Shown piece after piece: positions 28,458-37,797 of a DNA stretch of 64,000 bases. Every line of letters starts with the position of its first letter. Within the stretch, counting starts at the first letter, position 1. Made by a program: the position numbers and the translations under genes. The DNA is from Actinomycetota bacterium. GTDB lineage: Bacteria; Actinomycetota; UBA4738; JACQTL01. The notes below the pieces were generated by a model, which was not told the DNA's origin, did not search any database, and was given only the letters and a program-made list of their open reading frames with translations. The stretch lies in NCBI GenBank assembly GCA_046263085.1, contig JBHELK010000057.1, positions 30,317-94,316 of the forward strand, written 5' to 3'.

Positions 28458-28473
28458 TGTGATCCGGCTCACA
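28458..28473. promoter_or_regulatory. CRP/GlxR-type binding site TGTGA-TCCGGC-TCACA
   Basis: Perfect match to both TGTGA/TCACA half-sites of the TGTGA-N6-TCACA consensus. Centre is 32 nt upstream of the centre of a TAGCTT -10-like box (28495-28500), 62 nt upstream of M23 peptidase start 28536. Confidence 0.55.
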
Positions 28474-28535
28474 GACCTCGCCACCGCTCCGCGCTAGCTT
28501 GGCGATCGACCTCCGGGCGCCCGGGGAAGGAAGGC

Positions 28536-29240
28536 GTGGCGTCCATCCGAACGACGATCACGGTCGCGGCTGCGACCGCCACCCTGTGGGCGCTCGCCTC
28601 CTCACCGGCCCCGGCCGAGACCTCCCCGCCGGCGGGGTCGTGGATCCGGCCGGTGCGCGGTCCGGTGATCCGCGGGTTCGAGCCACCGCCGACGCCGTTC
28701 TCGCCTGGGCACCGCGGCATCGACGTCGCGACGCCGTTCGGCACGCCGGTCCGGGCCCCCGCCGACGGCGTCGTCACGTTCGCCGGAACGGTGGCCGGCG
28801 CGATCTTCGTCACGATCGACCATGCCGACGGCTACCGGTCCACCTCGTCGTGGCTCGCGCAGTCCCTGGTCGCGAAGGGACAGTCGGTCCGCGCGGGCGA
28901 TGTGGTGGCCCTGTCCGGACACGGCCACCCCGAGATCGAGACGGCGCATCTCCACTTCGGTGTCCGTCTGGGCGACGACTACGTCGATCCATTGCCGCTG
29001 CTCGCGACCGAGAGCGTCGTGGACCTCATCCGTCTGGCCCCGCTGGACGAGCCGTCCCCCGAAGCGGTTCGTCCGTCCGCGGCCCACCCCGTCCTCGTTC
29101 TCGCGGTCGCGGACCCTTCGCTCGCGGCAGTGAAGGCGGCGCTCCTGCGGGGGGAGGGCCCGTTCGATCATCGGCCCGTGCCACACGCGGCGACCGGACC
29201 CCCCCGAGGCCCACCCGGGGATGAGGCTCCGTCCCCCTAG
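28536..29240 (+). CDS. Secreted M23-family metallopeptidase
   Basis: ORF 28536..29240. Signal peptide, HRGIDVATPFGTPVRAPADGVV and HLHFGVRLGDDYVDP (HxxxD / HxH motifs). Confidence 0.85.
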   Translation: MASIRTTITVAAATATLWALASSPAPAETSPPAGSWIRPVRGPVIRGFEPPPTPFSPGHRGIDVATPFGTPVRAPADGVVTFAGTVAGAIFVTIDHADGYRSTSSWLAQSLVAKGQSVRAGDVVALSGHGHPEIETAHLHFGVRLGDDYVDPLPLLATESVVDLIRLAPLDEPSPEAVRPSAAHPVLVLAVADPSLAAVKAALLRGEGPFDHRPVPHAATGPPRGPPGDEAPSP

Positions 29241-29251
29241 AATGGGCACCT

Positions 29252-30715
29252 TTGGCCGGCCCGGGCACCCCCTCACGCGTCTCTCTCGTGCTGCGATCTC
29301 TCGCGGCTGCCGCCTGCTGCCTCCTCGCGGCCCCCGCCGGGGCGATCGCCGCCTCGGCCCCGAGTCCCTCGCCGAGCGCGTCGACCGGCGCGGGAGCGTG
29401 GCCCCAGTTCCAGGGGAGCGCCGCGCACCTCGGGACGACCCCGAGCGCCACGATCGCACCGCCCCTGCAGGAGCTGTGGCGATTCGCGGAGCCCGACGGG
29501 AACGACGGGCTATCCGCCGCCGTCGTCACCGGAGGCGTCGCGGTGGCGGTGGGGGAGCACGGGGTGTACGGCGTGGACGCCGCCACCGGCGAGCAACGAT
29601 GGCGCGTGGACCGCAACGGCGGCCGGATCTCGTCGCCTGCCGTCGGCGTGGTCGGCGGCCGGCAGATCGTCGTGTACACGGAGGGGGCGACCGGCGACGA
29701 CGCGTCGGTGGTCGCCATCGACGCTTCCAACCAGGACGAGCTGTGGCGCGAGCAACTGGAGACGCCGTCGGACAGCGGCATCACCGTCGACGGCAGCACG
29801 GTGCTGCTCGGCGACCGCAGGGGCCGCCTGTACTCGTTCGATCTCGCGTCCGGCCGGCCCGCAACGTGGTCGCCGCGAGGGCTGGGAGCGAGGATCGATG
29901 CCCCCCCGGCCGCGGACGGCCGACAGATCTTCGCCGTGACGAGGAACACCGACACGAACGAGGTCACCGTCTTCGCTCTCGATGAGGCAACGGGGACCGA
30001 GGATTGGAGCTACAAACCTCGGTTCGCGGCGGGCACGGGCACGACCGTGACCGTGGAGGACGACAAGGTGTACTTCGGCATGGGGGCGGAGCTCCGGGTG
30101 CACGCTCTCACGCCGCTGGCGGGCGGGAAGGTCTGGGAGGCGAGGGCGCGAGACTCGTTCTCCCCGCTCAGCGCGCCGGCTGCGTCGGAGGGTCGTCTCT
30201 TCATCGTCTCCACCAACACGTCCGATTCCGTCCTCTACGCGTACGACGCGTCCGACGGGTCCAAGCTCTGGGACTTCCAGTTCCAGGAGGCCACCATCCG
30301 CGGGGCCCCGGTCGTCGCGGGTGACGCGGTCTTCCTCGGGACGGACGATGGCACGGTGGCCGCGGTCGACGCCCGGAGCGGCATCGAGGTATGGGAGGCC
30401 CCCACCGGCCCGGGACGGATCGGGCCGCTCGCCCTGAGCGGCGACGAGCTGATCGCCAGCAAGCGGAGCCGCCACGGTGGCCTGATCGCCTTCGGGCCCG
30501 ATCCCACGGGGAAGCTGGTGCACATCGAGTCCCCCACGAAGCTGAAGCTCGGCGCGGTCATGTCGAGGTACGCCATCTCGTTCGTGGCCGTCTTCGTCGT
30601 GGTCTTCGGCGCCGTCACGCTGATGCGCCGCCGGGTCGGCCTGGCCCCCGAGAAGGAGGCCCCCGAGGAGGACGCACCCGGGGCGATGGACGAACCCGCT
30701 CCGGAGGGAGACTGA
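29252..30715 (+). CDS. PQQ/BamB-like beta-propeller protein with N-terminal signal and C-terminal TM anchor (alternative start GTG 29288)
   Basis: ORF 29252..30715. Repeated x-x-D-A-x-[TS]-G-x-x-x-W blades (GVDAATGEQRW, ALDEATGTEDW, AYDASDGSKLW, AVDARSGIEVW). TM segment YAISFVAVFVVVFGAVTL. Confidence 0.75.
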   Translation: MAGPGTPSRVSLVLRSLAAAACCLLAAPAGAIAASAPSPSPSASTGAGAWPQFQGSAAHLGTTPSATIAPPLQELWRFAEPDGNDGLSAAVVTGGVAVAVGEHGVYGVDAATGEQRWRVDRNGGRISSPAVGVVGGRQIVVYTEGATGDDASVVAIDASNQDELWREQLETPSDSGITVDGSTVLLGDRRGRLYSFDLASGRPATWSPRGLGARIDAPPAADGRQIFAVTRNTDTNEVTVFALDEATGTEDWSYKPRFAAGTGTTVTVEDDKVYFGMGAELRVHALTPLAGGKVWEARARDSFSPLSAPAASEGRLFIVSTNTSDSVLYAYDASDGSKLWDFQFQEATIRGAPVVAGDAVFLGTDDGTVAAVDARSGIEVWEAPTGPGRIGPLALSGDELIASKRSRHGGLIAFGPDPTGKLVHIESPTKLKLGAVMSRYAISFVAVFVVVFGAVTLMRRRVGLAPEKEAPEEDAPGAMDEPAPEGD

Positions 30716-30716
30716 C

Positions 30717-31730
30717 GTGGCGAAGAAGCGTCGGCGCCGGCAGGGCGCGCGTTCGGTTCCGGCGCCAACGCCCGTTGCCGCCGAGACGATGGAGCCGACG
30801 GCCGAGCCCTCGCCGAACGGGGGCTCGACGCGGGCCTCCGACAAGGGCTCCGCCGCGGCTCGCCGCGACCGCCCGCCGCTCGCCGGTGGAAGGCTCGCCG
30901 AACGGATGCGCGCGCCGTCCCCCTTCCCCACGCTCGCCACGTCGGTGGGGCGCGGGGTGCTGGCCGCGGGAACCGCGCCCGTGCTGCTGACCGCGCTGCT
31001 CTATGTCGGCGCCCTGTGGCTCGGACTCGTCGCTCTCGGGCTCGAGGTCTTCCCGTCGAGCCTGGTCGAGGCCCTGGCATTCCCGCCGTTCGGGCCCTAC
31101 CTGACCGATATCTTCCTTCCCACGCAGATCTACGGGCTGACCGCGACCGCCCTGGTGGTCTCGATCCTGCTCACGGTGCTCAGGGCCGTGGTGTGGGCGG
31201 TGCTCATCGGCATGATGCTCGAGGCGCTGCAGTACGGACGGACGTCCCTGGTCGGGGTCCTGCAGGGTCTCCGCGCGGTGCCGGCCGTGCTCGTGATCAT
31301 GCTCGTGAACGTCCTCGCCATCGTGTTCAGCAACCTCGTTCTGCCGGTGATCCTGGGACCCATCGGTCAGCTCGCGCTCGCCGCCGTGCTGTTCGGCGGC
31401 ATCTACCTGCTTCCGTTCGCGGGCGCCGCCGCTGTTCGCGGACCACGCCGGGCGCGGGAGGCCATCCGGATGTCGGCGCGAGCCGCGAGACTCCCGGGCT
31501 CGCGCCACGTCGTCCTGGTCATCCTGTATTTCTTCGTGGCCGTCCTGTTGATCACGCTGCTCCCCGGACACGACATCGTGACCGCCAATCCCTCGCTCGC
31601 CTCGTGGGCCTGGATCCTCGGGGGCAACGTCGTCCACCTCGTGTTCCTGGCGGCCGTGTGCGACCGCTGGCTCGTGGTCGAGGACCAGGTGCCGTCGGCT
31701 CCGGCCCCCCGCCGGGCAAGGCGCCGCTGA
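30717..31730 (+). CDS. Polytopic membrane protein of unknown function
   Basis: ORF 30717..31730. GTG start 1 nt after the previous stop. Arg-rich N-terminus followed by about 6 hydrophobic helices. Confidence 0.6.
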   Translation: MAKKRRRRQGARSVPAPTPVAAETMEPTAEPSPNGGSTRASDKGSAAARRDRPPLAGGRLAERMRAPSPFPTLATSVGRGVLAAGTAPVLLTALLYVGALWLGLVALGLEVFPSSLVEALAFPPFGPYLTDIFLPTQIYGLTATALVVSILLTVLRAVVWAVLIGMMLEALQYGRTSLVGVLQGLRAVPAVLVIMLVNVLAIVFSNLVLPVILGPIGQLALAAVLFGGIYLLPFAGAAAVRGPRRAREAIRMSARAARLPGSRHVVLVILYFFVAVLLITLLPGHDIVTANPSLASWAWILGGNVVHLVFLAAVCDRWLVVEDQVPSAPAPRRARRR

Positions 31731-31756
31731 CCCCGCGGCGCGCGCATCGCACCTGC

Positions 31757-31916
31757 TAGACTCGCGAAACGGCGCGAAACGCGCCCGCATCACCAAATAC
31801 ACACGTCGGGGATCGCGTCTCGAGGTCCCGGCACGCGGAGCGAGCAGCACCCACACCGCGGCCGGGTCGGGACCGAGATGAACCGGCGGAGGAGACAACC
31901 GAGCAAGGAGGACGAC
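31757..31916 (+). promoter_or_regulatory. rpsB promoter (-10 TAGACT) and long structured 5' leader
   Basis: TAGACT at 31757-62. Hairpin GGCGCGAAACGCGCC (31771-85). Long stem 31827-38 / 31856-66 (CCCGGCaCGCGG / CCGCGGCCGGG). AAGGAGG SD. Confidence 0.4.
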
Positions 31917-32849
31917 ATGCCCGTCGCGACGCGACGTGAGCTCCTGGAAGCCGGGGTCCACTTCGGCCATCAGACCAGGCGCTGGAACCCCAAGATGCAG
32001 CGCTTCCTCTATGGCGAGCGTTCCGGCATCTACATCATCGATCTCGAGCAGACCCTCACCGGCCTGAAGGAGGCGTACGACTTCGTGCGCGACCTCGGGC
32101 GCCGGGGCGGCACGGTCCTGTTCGTCGGCACGAAGAAGCAGGCCCAGGACATCGTGGAGCACGAGGCCACGCGGGTCCGCATGCCCTTCGTCAACACGCG
32201 GTGGCTGGGCGGCATGCTCACCAACTTCCAGACCATCTCGCGCCGCCTCGAGCGGCTGCGTGAGCTCCGGGAGATGGAGCGCTCGGGTGCGTTCGACTAC
32301 CTCCCGAAGAAGGAGGTCCTGAAGCTCCGAAACGAGAAGGAGAAGCTGGAGCGCAACCTCGGCGGCATCCAGGATCTCGAGCGCCTTCCCGAGGCGGTCT
32401 TCGTCATCGACACGAAGAAGGAGCACATCGCCGTCACCGAGGCCCGCAAGCTCGGCCTGCCGGTGATCGCGATCGTCGACACCAACTGCGATCCGGACGA
32501 GGTCGACTACATCATCCCCGGCAACGACGACGCCATCCGGGCCGTCTCGCTGGTCAGCAGGGTCATCGCCGACGCTCTCGAGGAGGGGCAGACGGAGGGG
32601 TGGCGCGAGTTCGCCGAGGGTGGTCGAGGGGAGCCGGAGATCGAGCCCGACGGCGAGGCGCTCCCCGCCTCCCAGATCTTCGAGCCCACGGAGCCCCCGC
32701 GCCCCGTCCCGAGCGGCTCTCAGGTGTTCGAGCCCGATGAGCCGGCCCGCCCCGCGTCGCAGGTCTTCGAGCCCGATGCTCCGGGAACGAGCGTCGCCGA
32801 GCCCACGCCCGACGAGATCGCGCCGGAGAAACCGGAGACGTCCTCGTGA
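31917..32849 (+). CDS. rpsB: 30S ribosomal protein S2 with an acidic/Pro-rich C-terminal tail
   Basis: ATG 31917 (AAGGAGG SD) in frame with ORF 31878..32849. [19 protein letters not shown]. Confidence 0.95.
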   Translation: MPVATRRELLEAGVHFGHQTRRWNPKMQRFLYGERSGIYIIDLEQTLTGLKEAYDFVRDLGRRGGTVLFVGTKKQAQDIVEHEATRVRMPFVNTRWLGGMLTNFQTISRRLERLRELREMERSGAFDYLPKKEVLKLRNEKEKLERNLGGIQDLERLPEAVFVIDTKKEHIAVTEARKLGLPVIAIVDTNCDPDEVDYIIPGNDDAIRAVSLVSRVIADALEEGQTEGWREFAEGGRGEPEIEPDGEALPASQIFEPTEPPRPVPSGSQVFEPDEPARPASQVFEPDAPGTSVAEPTPDEIAPEKPETSS

Positions 32850-33457
32850 CCGATTACCAGGCCACGGCCGCCGAGGTGAAGACGCTCCGCGACGCCACCG
32901 GCGCGGGGATGATGGATGCGAAGCGCGCGCTGCAGGACGCGGCCGGTGACCTCCGCCGGGCCACGGAGCTGCTGCGCGAGCGCGGGCTGGCCTCCGTCGG
33001 CAAGCGCAGGGATCGTGCGGCCAACGAGGGGCTCGTGCAGAGCTACATCCACTTCAACAACCGCGTCGGCGTGCTGATCGAGATCAACTGCGAGACCGAC
33101 TTCGTGGCGAACACCGACGAGTTCAAGGCCCTGGCCAAGGACGTCGCCCTGCACATCGCGAGCGCCCGTCCCCGGTGGATCACCACCGAGGAGGTCCCCG
33201 AGGACATCCTGGCGGGCGAGCGCAAGGTTTACGAGGAGTGGGCCCGCCAACAGGGGAAGCCCGAGCAGGCGCTCACCAAGATCGTGGAGGGCAAGCTCAC
33301 CGCGTTCTACAAGGACAACGTCCTGCTCGAGCAGCCGTTCGTGAAGGACGACTCCAAGTCCATCGGCCAGCTCACCGACGAGATCTCCGCCAAGGTGGGG
33401 GAGAAGATCGCGGTCCGCCGCTTCGCCCGGTTCGAGCTGGGCGAGGAGCTTGGCTGA
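32846..33457 (+). CDS. tsf: Elongation factor Ts (short form)
   Basis: ORF 32846..33457. [22 protein letters not shown]-like N-terminus, INCETDFVA. Confidence 0.9.
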   Translation: MTDYQATAAEVKTLRDATGAGMMDAKRALQDAAGDLRRATELLRERGLASVGKRRDRAANEGLVQSYIHFNNRVGVLIEINCETDFVANTDEFKALAKDVALHIASARPRWITTEEVPEDILAGERKVYEEWARQQGKPEQALTKIVEGKLTAFYKDNVLLEQPFVKDDSKSIGQLTDEISAKVGEKIAVRRFARFELGEELG

Positions 33458-34199
33458 CGTGGAAGCGGAGCCGCCGGGAGCTCCGCTCTACCGCCGTGTC
33501 CTCCTGAAGCTCTCCGGCGACGCCTTCGCATCGCCGGACCGCGGCTACGGCATCTCGCCGGAGGCCACGGCGGGGCTCGCCAGCCAGCTGGCGGAGGTCA
33601 CCGACGAGCTCGGCATGCAGATGGCCGTGGTCGTGGGCGGGGGCAACATCTGGCGCGGGCGCCAGGCCCCGCGCATGGATCGTTCCCGGGCCGACTACAT
33701 GGGCATGCTGGCCACGGTCATGAACGCTCTGGCTCTCCAGGACGCCCTGGAGGCCGCCGGACAGGTCACGCGGGTCCAGACGGCCATCCACATGGCACAG
33801 ATCGCCGAGCCCTACATCCCGCTCCGCGCCATCCGTCATCTGGACAAGGGGCGCGTCGTGATCTTCGCCGGCGGGCTCGGCCGGCCGTACTTCTCCACGG
33901 ACACCACCGCGGCGCAGATCGCCCTGGAGATCCACGCCGACGCCATCCTCAAGGGGACGAAGGTGGACGGCATCTACGACGCCGACCCGGCCCGCCACCC
34001 CGAGGCGCACAAGTTCGAGACCATCGAGTACACCGAGATCCTGACCCGCGGCCTCGAGGTCATGGACGCCACGGCCATCTCGCTCTGTCGCGACAACGCG
34101 CTGCCCATCCTGGTCTTCGACTTTCGCAAGGAGGGCAACATCAAGCGGGTCCTCTCCGGCGAGCCCATCGGCACCCTGGTGCACGGAGCTGCACGATGA
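33450..34199 (+). CDS. pyrH: UMP kinase
   Basis: ORF 33450..34199. [50 protein letters not shown]. Confidence 0.9.
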   Translation: MADVEAEPPGAPLYRRVLLKLSGDAFASPDRGYGISPEATAGLASQLAEVTDELGMQMAVVVGGGNIWRGRQAPRMDRSRADYMGMLATVMNALALQDALEAAGQVTRVQTAIHMAQIAEPYIPLRAIRHLDKGRVVIFAGGLGRPYFSTDTTAAQIALEIHADAILKGTKVDGIYDADPARHPEAHKFETIEYTEILTRGLEVMDATAISLCRDNALPILVFDFRKEGNIKRVLSGEPIGTLVHGAAR

Positions 34200-34756
34200 C
34201 GGTCGAGTCCGCCCTCCAGGACTCCACGAAGAAGATGAAGGGCGCCATCGCCGTGCTGCACGAGGAGCTCGGCGGAATCCGCACCGGCCGGGCCACGCCG
34301 GCCCTGCTGAACCGCGTGAACGTCGACTACTACGGCAGCACCGTGCCGCTCAACCAGCTGGCGTCCTTCTCCGTTCCCGAGCCGCGCCTGCTCGTCATCC
34401 AGCCCTTCGACAAGAACGCCATCCCCGCCATGGAGCGGGCCATCCAGAGCTCCGACCTCGGGCTCACCCCCTCGAACGACGGGAACGTCATCCGCCTGGC
34501 CTTCCCCACGCTCACCGAGGAGCGCCGCAAGGAGCTCGTGAAGCTCGTCCACGAGCGGGGCGAGGCCGGCCGGGTGGCCGTGCGCAACGTCCGGCGCCAC
34601 CACAAAGACGAGCTGGAGAAGCTTGAGCGGGACCACACAATCTCGGAAGATGACCTCAGGCGAGCGGAGAAGGAGCTCCAGAGGCTCACCGACCAGTACG
34701 TGGCGGAGGTCGACCAGGTCCTCGCCGCGAAGGAGAAGGAGCTGTCCGAGGTATAG
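34196..34756 (+). CDS. frr: Ribosome recycling factor
   Basis: ORF 34196..34756. [34 protein letters not shown]. Confidence 0.95.
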   Translation: MTVESALQDSTKKMKGAIAVLHEELGGIRTGRATPALLNRVNVDYYGSTVPLNQLASFSVPEPRLLVIQPFDKNAIPAMERAIQSSDLGLTPSNDGNVIRLAFPTLTEERRKELVKLVHERGEAGRVAVRNVRRHHKDELEKLERDHTISEDDLRRAEKELQRLTDQYVAEVDQVLAAKEKELSEV

Positions 34757-34814
34757 GGTCGGGCCGCCCCGGTCGACGGCCGGGGCCGTTTCCCTGCCTG
34801 AGAGGGACCAGCCA

Positions 34815-36524
34815 ATGTCGGACGAGCGGAAAGACCGAGAGGCCGGCGACGAGGAGTTCGAGCCTCTCGACACGTTCTTCGCTCCCATCGAGGACGTCGA
34901 CTGGCCCGAGGAGGGGGACGAGGCCACAGGCGGAGCCACGCCGCCGGCCGCCGCCACCTCCCGGCCCGGAGCCTCACCGCCCGCCCGCGGACCGGACCCG
35001 TCGAACCCGGACCCGGAGGACGACTTCCAGGTGGGGGATCTCGCCGCCGACCCGCTGGCGGGCATCGATCTCGAGGAGGACGAGCTGCTGCCGCAGGCCC
35101 CCGAGCCCGCCGCTACGGCGCCGGACGCCACGGCGGCAGACGCCACGGCGGAGCTCTCGGGCCAGGACTGGGAGGAGCTCCGCCTCGACGGGAGCCACGA
35201 GGCAGCGCCCGCCGAGGCCGCTGCCGGCCCGGCCGAGACATCCTGGGAGCGCGAGGACTCCGACCTGGCGTTCGCCCGCCCGGGTGCGGACGAGCCCGGG
35301 GAGGGCAGCCTGACCCTGGAGGACATGAAGTCGGCGCCCCCCGAGTACGCCGACCTCCCCGGCCCGCCTGAGGAGGAGTCCGCCATGGCCGCCGCGTCGG
35401 GGACGACGGAGCCGGCCGCGGCCGACGTCGAGGCGGCGGCCGACCACTTCGCGGAGGCGCTCCGCGGCGAGGAGCCCGAGCCGGAGCCCTTCCCGGCGCC
35501 ATCCGGCAGGGGGACGGCTCGCGAGCCGCTTCCGTCACCGGACATGGTGGAGCAGGACCTGTTGGCCGATCTGGAACGCGAGCCCTCTCCGCCCCCGACG
35601 GTGTCCGTGGGCGTCACCGACACGCTCGCCGGTCCCAGCTGGCAGGAACCGACGTCCGAGGAGGTCTCCACCGGCGGAGGACCGGCCATGATCCGCGGGA
35701 GGAACCTCCCGCTGGCGTTCCTCTCCGGCATCATCCTGGTGGCGATCGGCATCGGTGCCATCGCTGCCGGGAAGGGCCCGTTCACGGTGGTGGCGGGGGC
35801 CGTGATCGTTCTGGCGCAGGGAGAGCTCTACGCGGCCCTGCACCGGAAGGGGTACCAGCCGGCGACCGCACTTGGGCTCGTGTTCGGCGGGCTGATCAGC
35901 GCCGCGGCGTACCTCCGGGGGGAATCCGGCGCCCTCGCCATGTTCGCCCTGGGATGCCTGTTCACGTTCTTCTGGTTCATGGCCACGCCGTCGAAGGCTC
36001 GGCACAACACCGTGGCGAACGTGGCCATGACGTTGCTGCCGCTGGGCTACGTGGCGCTCCTGGCGAGCTTCCTGCTGACGTTGCTCGGTGCGGGCGGCCG
36101 TTCCTTCACCCTCGCCGTGATCGGCCTCGCCGTGGGCAACGACATCGCGGCCTACGCGGCCGGCAGCCTCTGGGGACAGCGGGCGCTCGCCCCGTCCATC
36201 AGCCCCCGCAAGTCGTGGGAGGGCGCGACCATCGCCACACTGCTCACGATCATCGCGGCGATCCTGATCCTGCCGAGCCTCGACACCTGGAAGCTGCCCC
36301 TCGGAACGGACGCGAGCGGTTTCCCGCAGGCCCTCGGCCTCGGCATCGTCATCGCCATCTTCGCGCCGCTCGGCGACCTCGCGGAGTCCATGCTGAAACG
36401 CGACCTCGGCATCAAGGACATGGGGAGCCTCATCCCGGGACACGGGGGAGTCCTGGACCGGGTGGACTCCATCCTGTTCGCGGCGCCGGCGGCCTTCTAC
36501 TTCCTCCGCCTGTTCCTGTTCTAG
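34815..36524 (+). CDS. cdsA: Phosphatidate cytidylyltransferase CdsA with a ~291-aa acidic low-complexity N-terminal extension (internal ATG 35688 would give a canonical 278-aa CdsA)
   Basis: ATG 34815 in frame with ORF 34623..36524. C-terminal SPRKSWEGA and GHGGVLDRVDS signature, about 8 TM helices. Confidence 0.8.
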   Translation: MSDERKDREAGDEEFEPLDTFFAPIEDVDWPEEGDEATGGATPPAAATSRPGASPPARGPDPSNPDPEDDFQVGDLAADPLAGIDLEEDELLPQAPEPAATAPDATAADATAELSGQDWEELRLDGSHEAAPAEAAAGPAETSWEREDSDLAFARPGADEPGEGSLTLEDMKSAPPEYADLPGPPEEESAMAAASGTTEPAAADVEAAADHFAEALRGEEPEPEPFPAPSGRGTAREPLPSPDMVEQDLLADLEREPSPPPTVSVGVTDTLAGPSWQEPTSEEVSTGGGPAMIRGRNLPLAFLSGIILVAIGIGAIAAGKGPFTVVAGAVIVLAQGELYAALHRKGYQPATALGLVFGGLISAAAYLRGESGALAMFALGCLFTFFWFMATPSKARHNTVANVAMTLLPLGYVALLASFLLTLLGAGGRSFTLAVIGLAVGNDIAAYAAGSLWGQRALAPSISPRKSWEGATIATLLTIIAAILILPSLDTWKLPLGTDASGFPQALGLGIVIAIFAPLGDLAESMLKRDLGIKDMGSLIPGHGGVLDRVDSILFAAPAAFYFLRLFLF

Positions 36525-36609
36525 ATCCCTGGACCCGCGAAGGAACTCCTCGGCGGAACCGTCGTTCTTACCGATGCAACCGCCGTCCGCGGGGTAACCT
36601 GGGAGCCAG

Positions 36610-37776
36610 ATGCGATCACTGATCATCCTCGGTTCGACGGGGTCCATCGGGACCCAGGCCCTGGATGTCGTGCGCCGGCACCCCGACCGGTTCCGCATCG
36701 TGGGACTCTCCTCGGGCCAGAACCACGACCTCCTGGTGGGGCAGATCCGCGAGTTCATGCCCCCGCTCGTTGCCGTCGCGGACGAGGACGCCGCGCTGGA
36801 CCTCAAGGAGAAGCTGGAGGGCCTCCGGCAGGTCGAGGTCCTGGTGGGCCACGACGCCGCCCGGATCCTGGCCCGGGAGGCCGAGGCCGACATGGTGCTG
36901 AACGCCATCGTCGGCGCCGCCGGGCTCGAGCCAACGTTGAGCGCCCTGCAGTCCGGGAAGACGGTCGCCCTCGCGAACAAGGAGTCGCTGATCGTCGGCG
37001 GCGAGCTCGTGACCGACCTCATCAAGGGGGAGCCGGAGCGCCTCGTCCCCGTGGACTCGGAGCACGCCGCGCTCGCCCAGTGCCTGCGCGGGGAGCGACG
37101 CGAGAACCTCCGCCGCGTCATGGTCACCGGCTCGGGGGGACCGTTCCGCGGATGGAAGCGCGACGAGCTCGAGAAGGCCTCGGTGAAGGAGGCGCTCGCC
37201 CACCCGAAGTGGAACATGGGGCCGAAGATCACGATCGATTCCGCAACCCTCATGAACAAGGGCCTCGAGGTGATCGAGGCGCACTACCTGTTCGACCTGG
37301 AGTACGACGACATCGACGTCGTGATCCACCCGGAGGCGATCGTCCACGGCATCGCGGAGTTCTCGGACGGCGCGATGATCGCGCAGCTCGCCAACCCCGA
37401 CATGCGGCTCCCGATCCAGCTCGCGCTGGCGTGGCCGGAGCGGATGGGGGAGGGCATCGAGCCGTTCCGCCTGGGCGACCCCGATGGCCCGACCTCGCTG
37501 ACCTTCGAGCCGGTGGACCGCGAATCGTTCCCCGCGCTCGATCTGGCGTACCGGGCCGGGCGCCTCGGATCCACCTACCCGGCGGTGATGAACGCCGCCA
37601 ACGAGGTGTGCGTCTCGGCGTTCCTCGCCGGCCGCATCCCGCTGACCCGGATCGTCGAGGTCGTCGAGACCGTGCTCGAGGAGCACGAGCCCGCCCCGGT
37701 CGTCTCGGCGGTCAGTCTGGAGCGAGCCGACCAGTGGGCCCGCCGCGAGGCGATCCGAATCCTGTCGCACGCCTAG
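36610..37776 (+). CDS. dxr: 1-deoxy-D-xylulose 5-phosphate reductoisomerase
   Basis: ORF 36610..37776. ILGSTGSIGTQALDV, LANKESL, VDSEHAA, MGPKITIDSATLMNKG. Confidence 0.95.
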   Translation: MRSLIILGSTGSIGTQALDVVRRHPDRFRIVGLSSGQNHDLLVGQIREFMPPLVAVADEDAALDLKEKLEGLRQVEVLVGHDAARILAREAEADMVLNAIVGAAGLEPTLSALQSGKTVALANKESLIVGGELVTDLIKGEPERLVPVDSEHAALAQCLRGERRENLRRVMVTGSGGPFRGWKRDELEKASVKEALAHPKWNMGPKITIDSATLMNKGLEVIEAHYLFDLEYDDIDVVIHPEAIVHGIAEFSDGAMIAQLANPDMRLPIQLALAWPERMGEGIEPFRLGDPDGPTSLTFEPVDRESFPALDLAYRAGRLGSTYPAVMNAANEVCVSAFLAGRIPLTRIVEVVETVLEEHEPAPVVSAVSLERADQWARREAIRILSHA

Positions 37777-37797
37777 CGCGCGTGCCGTCCGTCTGAC

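Noticed and set aside
31878-31916. Upstream in-frame ATG 31878 as the rpsB start ([13 protein letters not shown] extension)
   Set aside because: ATG 31917 has a perfect AAGGAGG SD and yields the conserved S2 N-terminus. The upstream ATG lacks an SD.
30615-32426. 603-aa minus-strand ORF. Similar cases: 33974..35785, 12957..15170, 15787..17334, 35535..37259, 24861..26237.
   Set aside because: All are antisense or out-of-frame shadows of well-supported genes (rpsB, pyrH/frr/cdsA, ftsY/kinase, ffh, dxr, comM/dprA). None has any recognisable motif.
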